This document shows positions 12,227-23,324 of a stretch of DNA of 64,000 nt, one piece after another. The stretch spans positions 30,070,001-30,134,000 of the forward strand of contig OX597818.1 in NCBI GenBank assembly GCA_951406725.2. Direction: 5' to 3'. The translations under genes and the position numbers were made by a program. Below the pieces are notes generated by a model that saw only the letters and a list, made by a program, of their open reading frames with translations, was not told where the DNA came from and searched no databases. This DNA is from Octopus vulgaris. Taxonomy: Eukaryota. Positions within the stretch are counted from its first letter, which is position 1. Each line of letters opens with the position of its first letter.

Positions 12227-15200
12227 AGGAGAAGTTTCAGGTGTGGAAACAAGGATTAGAATCGAAGGGCCTTAGAATCAACCTAGCCAAAACCAAAGTC
12301 CTAATAAGTAGGAAGGTGGACCAATCACAAACGACTTCAGGTAGATGGCCCTGCTCGATCTGTAAAAATGGTGTAGGTAGAAACTCTATAAGGTGCACCA
12401 AGTGTAAGCTATGGACACATAAGAGGTGCAGCAATGTCAAAGGAAGGCTAACTAAGAAAATAGTTTTTGTCTGTGGCAGATGCTCAGGAGCAATAAACAC
12501 TGGAAATGTGCAGAGACCAACTTCTACCACGTTCCAGGGAGACAAACTAGAAGTAGTTGATAGCTTCCGCTACCTAGGAGACCAAGTCAGTAGCGGGGGT
12601 GGGTGTGCTGAAAGTGTAACTGCTAGAGTAAGAATAGCCTGGGCAAAGTTTAGAGAGCTCTTACCCCTGCTGGTGACAAAAGGCCTCTCGCTAAGAGTAA
12701 AAGGTAGACTGTATGATGCGTGTGTACGTACAGCCATGCTACATGGTAGTGAAACATGGGCCGTGACTGCTGAGGATATGCGTAAGCTCGCAAGAAATGA
12801 AGCCAGTATGCTCCGATGGATGTGTAATGTCAGTGTTCATAATCGTCAGAGTGTAAGTACTTTGAGAGAAAAGTTGAACCTAAGAAGTGTCAGTTGTGGT
12901 GTGCAAGAGAGATGGCTGCGCTGGTATGGTCATGTGACGAGAATGGCTGAAGATAGTTGTGTGCAAAAGTGCTACACCCTAGCAGTTGAGGGAACCTGTG
13001 GAAGAGGTAGACCCAGGAAAACCTGGGACGAGGTGGTGAAGCACAACCTTCAAACTTTAGGTCTCACCAAGGAAATGACTAAAGACCGAGTCCTATGGAA
13101 GTGTGCTGTGCATGAGAGGACCCGGCAAGACTAGTCAGGCCATAACCCATGGCCCCTACCTGGGACATAGTCAGTCCACCTGTGCATACCTTCCTTCTTG
13201 TGACACTTGTGAAGACCTGCTGAGGCAAGTGAAAATCAATCAAAACAAATCAAAATAGATGAACATCAATGGAATTTGTATCTTTGTGGTACCAGTGCCT
13301 GTGGCACACAAGAAAACCATCTGAACGGGGCCGTAGCCAGTACTGCATCGACTGGCCTCCGTGCTGTGGGAACATGACAAACACCATCCGATCGTGGCCG
13401 TTCGCCAGCCTCATCTAGCACCTGTGTCGGTGGCACATAAAAACACCATCCGAAGACCCGGCAAGACTAGTCAGGCCATAACCCATGGCCCCTACCTGGG
13501 ACGTAGTCAGTCCACCTGTGCATACCTTCCTCCTTGTGATACTTGTGAAGGCCTGTTGATGCAAGTGAAAATCAAATCAAAACAAATCAAAATAGGTGAA
13601 CATCAATGGAATTTGTATCTTTGTGGTACCAGTGCCGGTGGCACACAAGAAAACCATCCGAACGTGGCCGTAGCCAGTTCCGCATCGACTGGCCTCCGTG
13701 CTGTGGGCACATGACAAACACCATCCGATCGTGGCCGTTCGCCAGCCTCATCTAGCACCTGTGTCGGTGGCACATAAAAACACCATCCGAAGACCCGGCA
13801 AGACTAGTCAGGCCATAACCCATGGCCCCTACCTGGGACGTAGTCAGTCCACCTGTGCATACCTTCCTTCTTGTGACACTTGTGAAGACTTGTTGAGGCA
13901 AGTGAAAATCAAATCAAAACAAATCAAAATAGATGAACATCAATGGAATTTGTATCTTTGTAGTACCAGTGCCGGTGGCACACAAGAAAACCATCCGAAC
14001 GTGGCCGTAGCCAGTTCCGCATCGACTGGCCTCCGTGCTGTGGGCACGTAACAAACACCATCCGATCGTGGCCGTTCGCCAGCCTCATCTGGCACCTGTG
14101 TCGGTGGCACATAAAAACACCTTCCGAAGACCCGGCAAGACTAGTCAGTCCACCTGTGCATACCTTCCTTCTTGTGATACTTGTGAAGACCTGTTGAGGC
14201 AAGTGAAAATCAAATCAAATCAAAATAGATGAACATCAATGGAATTTGTATCTTTGTGGTACCAGTGCCGGTGGCACACAAGAAATCCATCCGAACGTGG
14301 CCGTAGTCAGTACCGCATCGACTGGCCATCGTGCTGTGGGCACTTAACAAACACCATCCGATCTTGGCCGTTCGCCAGCCTCATCTAGCACCTGTGTCGG
14401 TGGCACATAAAAACACCATCCGAAGACCCGGCAAGACTAGTCAGGCCATAACCTGTGGCCCCTACCTGGGACGTAGTCAGTCCACCTGTGCATACCTTCC
14501 TCCTTGTGATACTTGCGAAGGCCTGTTGAGGCAAGTGAAAATCAAATAAAAAAAATCAAAAATCAAAATCAAATCAAAACAAATCAAAATAGATGAACAT
14601 CAATGGAATTTGTATCTTTGTGGTACCAGTGCCGGTGGCACACAAGAAAACCATCCGAACGTGGCCGTAGCCAGTACCGCACCGACTGGCCTCCGTGCTG
14701 TGGGCACGTAACAAACACCATCCGATCGTGGCCGTTCGCAAGCCTCATCTGGCACCTGTGTCGGTGGCACATAAAAACACCATCCGAAGACCCGGCAAGA
14801 CTAGTCAGGCCATAACCTGTGGCCCCTACCTGGGACGTAGTCAGTCCACCTGTGCATACCTTCCTTCTTGTGACACTTGTGAAGACCTGTTGCGGCAAGT
14901 GAAAATCAAAATCAAATCAAATCAAATCAAATCAAAACAAATCAAAATAGATGAACATTAATGGAATTTGTATCTTTGTGGTACCAGTGCCGGTGGCACA
15001 CAAGAAAACCATCTGAACGTGGCCGTAGCCAGTACCGCATCGACTGGCCTCCGTGCTGTGGGCACGTAACAAACACCATCCGATCGTGGCCGTTCGCCAG
15101 CCTCATCTGGCACCTATGTCGGTGGCACATAAAAACACCATCCGAAGACCCGGCAAGACTAGTCAGGCCATAACCCGTGGCCCCTACCTGGGACGTAGTC

Positions 15201-15814
15201 AGTCCACCTGTGCTTACCTTCCTTCTTGTGACACTTGTGAAGACCTGTTGAGGCAAGTGAAAATCAAAACAAATCAAAATAGATGAACATCAATGGAATT
15301 TGTATCTTTGTGGTACCAGTGCCGGTGACACGTGGCACACAAGAAAACCATCCGAACGTCGCCGTGGTTGCACGTGGCACACAAGAAAACCATCCGAACG
15401 TGGCCGTAGCCAGTACTGCATCGACTGGCCTCCGTGCTGTGGGCACGTAACAAACACCATCCGATCGTGGCCGTTTGCCAGCCTCATCTGGCACCTGTGT
15501 CGGTGGCACATAAAAACACCATCCGAGCGTGGCCGTCTGCCAGCCTCGTCTGGCACCTGTGTCGGTGGCACATAAAAAAAAAACACCATCCGAGCGTGGC
15601 CGTTTGCCAGCCTCATCTGGCACCTGTGTCGGTGGCACATAAAATTACCCACTACACTCTCAGAGTGGTTGGTGTTAGGAAGGGCATCCAGCTGTAGAAA
15701 CACTGCCAGATCTGACTGGACTGGTGCAGCCTTCGGGCTCCCCAGACCCCAGTTGAACCGTCCAACCCATGCTAGCATGGAAAGCGGACGTTAAATGATG
15801 ATGATGATGATGAT
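12227..15814 (+). mobile_element. 5'-truncated RTE LINE with intact C-terminal ORF (12241-13134), amplified 3' UTR and (ATG)n tail
   Basis: GLRINLAKTK, FRYLG, MLHGSETW, LRWYGHV, RGRPRKTW. Tail ...GGAAGGGCATCCAGCTGTAGAAAC...(ATG)n shared with other copies. Confidence 0.92.
13119..15525 (+). repeat. Tandem array of seven ~337-bp RTE 3'-UTR units
   Basis: GACCCGGCAAGACTAGTCAG starts at 13119, 13455, 13792, 14129, 14425, 14789, 15146 (spacings 336, 337, 337, 296, 364, 357). Confidence 0.95.
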
Positions 15815-15982
15815 ATTCTTTGAATAAAACACCTTTATTTTTTAACATAAGGAATAATTACATTTTTGCATGTATTCATGCATATGAAAGTAAATGTACA
15901 AAGATGTTTTCACACAACAAATGTTTTTGTATGATGGTTTCACAGAAAATATATTAATGTATGATTTCACCAGCTAAGTTTC

Positions 15983-16350
15983 GAGTGGCTGTGTGGTAAG
16001 TAGCTTGCTTGCGAACCACATGGTTCTGGGTTCAGTCACACTGCGTGGCACCTTGGGCAAGTGTCTGCTGCTATAGCCTCAGGCCGACCAAAGCCTTCTG
16101 AGTGGATTTGGTAGACGGAAACTAAAAGAAGCCCGTCATATATATGTATGTATGTGTGTGTGTTTGTGTGTCTGTGTTTGTCCCCACAACATTGCTTGCC
16201 AACCGATGCTGGTGTGTTTACGTCCCTGATAGAATAAGTACTAGGCTTACAAAAAATAAGTACTGAGGTCGATTTGCTTGACTAAAGGCGGTGCTCCAGC
16301 ATGGCCACAGTCAAATAACTGAAACAAGTAAAAGAGTAAAAAAGAGTAAA
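15983..16350 (+). mobile_element. tRNA-derived SINE with internal (TG)n (related copies ~26085-26270, 43060-45010 split by Tc1, 45270-45480, 51360-51625)
   Basis: TGGCTGTGTGG...GGTTCAGTC head and GTGGATTTGGTAGACGGAAACT core, multi-copy. Confidence 0.7.
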
Positions 16351-16544
16351 ATATCACACACAAATAAATGAAAGAAAAAGGAAAGCGAGAGAGAGTAAAG
16401 GTTACATGTTACTTAGCCTTACTTTTGTATAAAAAGCGATTTTGTGAATATATTATAGTGCATGTTGTCCCATAAAAGATGTAGTAGAAGAAAAAGAACA
16501 TCTGGTACAGGGCTATTGCTGTTGTTCGGCTTACCAAAGATCTA

Positions 16545-16567
<23 letters not shown>

Positions 16568-16577
<10 letters not shown>

Positions 16578-17017
16578 TCATATTTAAATATGTGTGTGCA
16601 ATATATGAGTGAATGTGTGTCTGTGTAAGAATGTACATACATTTCAAATATGCAATTTTTTTCATTACTTTTATTCCAACTACAAGGAAATAAAGAACAT
16701 CCACAAAGTCAATTCTCATTACATTTGAGTACATGCTATGGATGAATAAATGCAGTAATTGTCACATCCAAACACGTTTCCAGTGACTTGATGGCATTGA
16801 GATTTGAACATTAAAAAATTAGTGATGTACTTTGCATTATATTTGAGAAAATGGAAACGTACATGGTATACTTCATGCAAGCAACACAAGATTTTAACTA
16901 TGGAAGCAGTGTGTAAACCAAACACATTGGACAAATCTTAATGAATATATTTTTGATTTAGTATAATCAGTTAAATTCAAAAAGACTAGTGCTGCTCTGT
17001 TTACTGTATACTTTATT
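16568..17017 (+). repeat. ~450-bp direct duplication (putative 3' UTR of gene B), copy 1
   Basis: Aligns to 18188-18640; compare ORFs 16531/18150 and 16719/18344. Confidence 0.9.
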
Positions 17018-17149
17018 GTAAATTTCTATTGCTTATTTAGCATACCAATAGTTTATTGACTCACTACATGAGTGTGAGTGTATGTATGTGTTGGCTGACA
17101 AAATTAAATGCAGGATCTATTAAGCAGGTCTATCTATGATCAAAACCGG

Positions 17150-17831
17150 TTACACCAATCTCCTTTCATTTAGCAAATTTGATCTCCGTATGCTCCGCAC
17201 AATCAAGTAGATAACTGCTAAAACACTTAGAATGCCAAAAATGGATGCAAGAATAATTATTATTTTCTTGCGAAGATAGCTTTTCAGTTCATCAAATTTG
17301 TTACTGTTACTCTCAGTGGTAGAATAAGATGTGATATTATCCCTTCCTGAGGTGTAAACAGTAAAACCTTTGCTTGGTTTGGTAACTTGATTTGCTTCAA
17401 GTGTTGTCTCATTCTGTTTATATCCATTTGTGTTATGATGAAATAAAGTTGTTGGTAGTATATTGTTAGTTGTAGATGCTATAGATGTTTTGTGTGAAGG
17501 AGTATTGGTATTAAACATCTTTGTACTGTTCTGTATAATGTCCAATATTGAAACTTGAAATATCTTTACCAGGATGGAAAGTTGTAAATAATTTTGATAT
17601 GGTTTTGCTTGAATGATATTCCATTGTTGTACTCATTATTGAACTTGGGAGGTTTGTACCTTTTGTTGAAATCTTTGGTGAAAGGGTTCTTTTGATGGTT
17701 GGTGTCATTAGCATTGTTGTTGTTGGTTTGGTTGTAGTTGTTGGTAGTTGTTGGTAGAGTGGTGGTAGTTGGTGCTTGTGTGGTTGTGGGTGGAACTGGT
17801 GGACAAGAATTTTCTGTTTGGGGCCCATTTT
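17150..17831 (-). CDS. Gene B terminal exon: last MAM-like Cys, Thr/Pro/Ser mucin stalk, TM helix (IIIILASIFGILSVLAVIYLIV), tail RSIRRSNLLNERRLV; two frameshifts
   Basis: TTCTTTCTTTACAG acceptor at 17832. Coding-like sequence passes through three frames (phase-1 frame, ORF 17511-17867, ORF 17150-17545). As assembled, the spliced frame stops at TAA 17568-17566. Confidence 0.72.
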
Positions 17832-18187
17832 CTGTAAAGAAAGAATTAAAATTAAATTTAATGGCATGAATGGAAACAGAAATAATCTCTATTCCTTACA
17901 TCATCATATTTGTTATAGTCATAATCTCTTACAATTTTCTCTCTTAGAAAGTGGATTTCACCTGTGGGCTCCAGAACTATACATAGTGGTGGATGTCTCT
18001 GTAAGATAAGAGTAACAGTCTCATGCAGTCTGTAATAAAAACTGTAATACCAACAACCACACCAACAACTACAACCACACCAACAACAACAACCACACCA
18101 ACAACCACCGTCACACCTGCACCAACTACAACCATACAACCACCAACCACTAATAAAAAATCGTAGTAAGTGGGATCTCAAGGTTTT

Positions 18188-18640
18188 CACACACACATTC
18201 ATATTTAAATATGTGTGTGCAATATATGAGTGAGTGAATGTGTCTCTGTGTAAGAATGTACATACATTTCAAATATGCAATTTTTTTCATTAATTTTATC
18301 CCAACTACAAGGAAATAAAGAACATCCACAAAGTCAATTCCCATTACATTTGAGTACATGCTATGTATGAATAAATGCTGTAATTGTCACATCCAAACAC
18401 GTTTCCAGTGACTTGATGGCATTGAGATTTAAACATTAAAAAATTAGTGATGTACTTTGCATTATATTTGAGAAAATGGAAACGTACATGGTATACTTCA
18501 TGCAAGCAACATGAGATTTTAACTATGGAAGCAGTGTGTAACCAAACACATTGGACAAAGCTTAATGAATATATGTTTGATTTAGTATAATTAATTAAAT
18601 TCAAAAAGACTTGAGCTGCTCTGTATACTGTATACTTTAT
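18188..18640 (+). repeat. ~450-bp direct duplication, copy 2, inside intron 4 of gene B
   Basis: Aligns to 16568-17017. Confidence 0.9.
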
Positions 18641-19164
18641 TTATGGTTTGTCTATTTAATTCTGTCATATCTGTGTAACGATTTCCCTTTGGGTAGTGAT
18701 ACTAAGAGCCAGTTGTTCGGCCTCAGTATATTTATACTTTAGCATATAAGTATCCTTAGTAAAGTGTCTGGCCAGTACAAAATGTAATATAATTGATGAA
18801 TGACAATAGAACAAGAATTATGTAATCACTTTCATTAGCTTACAACTGTTTCTGCTATAAGAAGCATTGCACTCAGAACTGATTACTCATATAACAATGT
18901 ATAACTTCCTTAAAGCTATTTGAACATAAGTATATATATTCATTTGTTTTGGTAAACTATATGCAAAGGCTGAGTGCAAATTCATATAAAATTTATGTGT
19001 AATGTCCAGCTGTGTGGCATAACTAATCCACCATTTGAGTATGAATATGAATTATCTTTATTATTGACACAGGTGTGTTTGTACATGAATGACAAGGTTT
19101 AAATGAACTGAAAGACAAACTCAGTTTAACCCATTAAGTCCCACTGTTTCTATTGAGAAAGGAA

Positions 19165-19495
19165 GGTAAATAAACGTTAACTGATTGACCTGGTTCTTGT
19201 CTGCATGTCATTAAAAAGTGTCTTGCAAAAATAACGTTCAAGGGTTTCACATACAGTCTCTCCAGAGTTTGAATTGCTTCTGCATAATTCTCACATTCAC
19301 TTATGAGTTCGTAAACATCTTTATTAATGTATGCTATTAAACACCTAAGTTTGCTTTCATCCCTGATAGGTGGTTCAGCAGGAAATGATTCTAAAAAATT
19401 TTTTAAATTCTGAACCAATATTTCTATTCTTTTGAAGCTTGACTCGAACTTGGATCAGTGGTGAACAAATTTGGTTTTATAAATTTGCTGTCCAT
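19165..19495 (-). mobile_element. Ty3/gypsy-like gag N-terminal relic
   Basis: MDSKFIKPNLFTTDPSS...KLRCLIAYI...YAEAIQTLERLYVKPLNVIFARHFLMTCRQEPGQSV resembles gypsy gag. Contains a stop and a frameshift. Confidence 0.6.
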
Positions 19496-19635
19496 TCTCT
19501 CTCTCTCTCTAGCTATAATTAGTTGCTTAAATTGTCTTAAACCTAAACTGGAATATCAAACTTCAACACAATAACAGTTTTATATAGCAAGTTGCTACAG
19601 TCTTGGCTAACTAAAAACCAACACAAAACACGTCA

Positions 19636-19880
19636 TAATAATAATAATAATAATAATAATAATTGTGTACAGTGCTCAGGTGCACTACAACTCATCTAAA
19701 TTGTATATATAATCAGGTGTAGTTTCGGCGGATTTCGGAAAGCATGAGGGCCTTAAAGGATGCAGTGTCATGGCAGTCAACAACTGACGCAGGCAGTTTA
19801 TTCCATGCTTCAGCAACTCTGAGCGTGAAAAAATGTTTCCGAAAGTCATGGGAGCTGTGTTGTTTTCTGACTTTGTACAA
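19636..19880 (-). mobile_element. CR1-type LINE 3' end
   Basis: RKHFFTLRVAEAWNKLPASVV...SFK C-terminal motif, short UTR, (TTA)n tail. Confidence 0.75.
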
Positions 19881-20134
19881 ACAGAACAGAACTCCGCGCA
19901 GTCGCACTGCAGTCATATAATAGCAAAAGAGACAATCAAAATCACGTGATCAAAACTAAAATCACAACAATACTGATAGAATAAGCACTAGGTTTTAAAA
20001 AATTAGTCCTAAGGTTGATTAGTTGAACTAAAACCCTTCTAGGCAGTGCCCCAGCATGGCCACAGTTAAATGATTGAAACAAAGTAAGAGATAAAAGATC
20101 AAAGATACAGGCATTTCAAAGATAAATAGATGCA

Positions 20135-20509
20135 ATATGTGTGGCAGCAGGATTTGACTCCTTGCCATACTTCCTGAAAGACTCAGAAGTGCTACTACTT
20201 CACAATCCCCAATTTCTGGTCTTATAATTCCTCTGATTGTAATCCCATGGATTATTATATGTGGGACATGGTTGAGAAAATCACCAAATGCTCTCCCTAC
20301 AACACCAAAGCCAAGGCCAAGACCAAGGAGGTGTTCAAAGACCTTCTTAGGAACACATTGAGGAACATATTTGCCATGTTTCGGAGCCATCTTCAGGCCA
20401 TGGTGGAAGTTGGGGTCAGATGCTTTGAGTAAATACTATTATTTTTGGTTGAGATATTGTGTTTTCTCTTCCTTTTATGCAAACTGTCATATTTAGCCTT
20501 AACACCCTG
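20135..20509 (+). mobile_element. maT/DD37D-like transposon 3' fragment
   Basis: WQQDLTPCH...NSSDCNPMDYYMW, ending in CACCCTG. Confidence 0.6.
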
Positions 20510-20515
20510 GATATA

Positions 20516-21378
20516 CAGGGTGTGATGGGTAAATTGTTGCCATTTTATATTTTTACTTTCACACATGCACATTGTTTGTTTTTGACTTTGTCGACTACAC
20601 ATTATAGTAGGGTCAGTGGGCACTGTCTTTAAGAAAAAGAGCACTATGATGCAATTCACTCTGACAGAAATTTGGAAACAACATGCTGTACTGCTTGCAT
20701 TTGCACCAGAAGCTCCAATACAAACATTTCAGAGTGTTGGGTGTCAAACTAAATCCCACCCAATATGTACAGAGAGTGATGAAAGTCAAATATCCTGTCA
20801 ACATCATGGTGTTTGGAATAACCACTGGTAATTGCAATGTTATATCTCCATTCATCTTCCCACATGGCCTCAGACACAACATGGAGGCCTACATCAAGTG
20901 CCTGGAGGAGGTAGTGCTGCCCTGAGTCAAGAGGATGGCTGCTGGAAGACCTGGTGTTTGGCAACAGGACTCTGCACCATGCCACACAGACTGGAGAACT
21001 CAGTCATGACTGTCAGACAATTTCTGTCACCACACCACCCCTAACACCTGGCCACCTAACTCCCCAGACTGCAACCCTCTTGATTATTATGTGTGGGGTG
21101 CAGTTGAGTGACAGACCAACAAAACTCCTTGTAACACCAAAGATGAACTGAAGGCAAGGACTATGGCTTAAACAGGAAAACCATCCTGACGAGTTGCAGG
21201 AAATTCCATGTCATCTGGAGGCTGTGGTTGAAGCCAATGGTGATTTTATTAAAAAGATTTACCCGTAGTATTTAAAGATATTTTTATGCAATTTTGGTAT
21301 ATATATCTGTTAAAATGAGATGTCAGTGTTATTTTCATTTTTGCGTAATTTAGACAAAAATTCATTGACTGTACCCTG
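20516..21378 (+). mobile_element. Internally deleted maT (DD37D) transposon
   Basis: TA-CAGGGT...ACCCTG-TA termini. WQQDSAPCH...WPPNSPDCNPLDYYVW has exactly 37 codons between the last two Asp (one is a stop). Confidence 0.82.
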
Positions 21379-22270
21379 TATATATTGAGTTGATTTTTCT
21401 TTTACTGAAGGATCAGTGCAATAAATATTTATTGAGAAATAAATTCATGACTAGTGAGGTAAGAATATCTCTCTCTCTCTCTCTCACATGTCATTTTTAC
21501 ATCTATATTTTACTAGGAATAACAGTTGCAGAGAAGTATGAATTTAGATGTTTCAATAAATAGAATTATTTTACAGTTGGATACTCTCACTACCTCACAG
21601 AGATATTGGTAATGGCTATACAGTTCAGTGCTTCAACTAAGGCTTGAGTTTATTACCCATGTTAAAGAAGTCTATCTCTGACCTGTTAGTCCCACATATC
21701 ATCATCATCAGAGTCCTTGTCATTGTCATCGTCATCACCATTGCTGTTCCCATTGTCATTGCCATCACTGTTGTCATTGCTATTGCCGTCGTTGTCGTTG
21801 TAGTCATTGTCATCATCATCATCATCATCATCGTTTAATATCTGTTTTCCATGCTGGCATGGGTTGGATGATTTGACAGGAGTCGGTAAGCTGAAGAAGT
21901 GTACCCGGTTTCAATTGTCTGTTTTGGCATGGTTTCTATGGCTGGGTGCCGTTCTTAATGCCAATCACCTTTCTGAGTGAACCGGGTGCTTTTTACATAA
22001 CACCAGCTCGGGTGCTTTATATGTGGCACTGGCACAGGTACTTTTTATGTTGCACCAGCATCAGAGGGTTGCCAAGTAACTTGTAAGAGAAAGACCTCTT
22101 AGTTGAGAGAGGGAGTAGAACTGATGGAAGCAGCTGTGTGCCAGGTAAGAGGTTACAGTATGATCAAGAGACAGGGATAGTTGTTTTACTATAGAGGAGA
22201 TATTTGGCCACCCCAGTAGAACAGGAAGGAGTGGGAAAGTGGAACAGAGAAAGAAAGCTAAAGAGATAGA

Positions 22271-22324
<54 letters not shown>

Positions 22325-22693
22325 TGAAATAGATGGTGTGGGAGATGTATTGGTGCCTATCCTCAGTGAACAGTAGAGTAGGGTATACATTATAGAGAGG
22401 GGATAGAGGAGGATGCTCCATGAGAATATTAGGAATAGAAGAGGATAGAGGAAGATGTGCCATGAGAGTGTTGAGTGGCTTGGAGTGGGGAGTAAGGAAC
22501 AAAGAGATAGTATGGAGAGTGTGTGGATAGGCACATGAGAGTGAGGAGGGTGGGGGCTGCATGAGTGTTGGGAAGATAGGGGTGTTTTGAGAGGGGTCAG
22601 ATAATTTGAGTGTCAGTGTTGGGGTGCATGGCCATAAAGGACATGCATGTATGTGTGGATGGCCTTGATTTCAATATCAATTAACTTACTTAC

Positions 22694-22760
22694 CATTCCA
22701 TATTTTTCCAATCATGACATTTGATTTGCCATGAAACTCAGCTTCAATAAAGATTTTATC
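22694..22760 (-). CDS. Gene B exon 4 (DKIFIEAEFHGKSNVMIGKIWN)
   Basis: TTTTTATTCTGTTTTAG acceptor, GTAAGT donor, 67 nt, phase 0/1, which exactly bridges exons 3 and 5. Resembles the MAM C-terminal strands (IvFEA...IaIDDI). Confidence 0.75.
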
Positions 22761-23324
22761 CTAAAACAGAATAAAAATAGAATGAGATTGAAAACTTTCA
22801 AAATAACATAATCCTTCAGTAGCAGGAATGGATGCTTCAAGAATCATTTTCTTTAAATGCATGGTTAATGATTATTAATTATAATTAAACACGTAGTAGA
22901 GAATTTTGTAGTTGCTGTTGCTTGTTCAGAAAATTATCCAGGGTATTCTAAGTAATTGATCAAAGATCAATGAAGAAGTTATTTCCAAAACTGAGTCTCG
23001 TGATTCCAAGAAATTTATTGTATCAAGTTGATATGGTATAGTAGAAGTGCTATGGGTGTCAGACTAAGTTATAACTTAAAGCAGTTAGTTCAGGGAAGAA
23101 ACTGTTTCTGTGTTTTTTTTTTGGAACTTATGTAAAAGAGATGGAATTTGTAAAGTTAGAATTTAAGCTGACAAGCTTTATGGCAGAACAGATATACGGT
23201 TGACTAGTTATATGGCAAACCAGTTACAGGGCAGACCAGTTAGATGGTATACACCTATCCAGTTATAATGTAGGGTGGTACAATTATATTCCAGTCTGGT
23301 TATATCATTTGATGTACTATGTAA

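Noticed and set aside
13119-15525. Regularly spaced repeats as a CRISPR array or as a repeated protein family (MLWA..KHHPIV ORFs)
   Set aside because: Whole units repeat with no unique spacers and no cas genes. The units are the RTE 3' UTR, and the ORFs vary by frameshift between units.
17531-17569. 39-nt GT..AG mini-intron that might repair the second frameshift
   Set aside because: Its length is a multiple of three, so it cannot restore the TM frame, and it is implausibly short.
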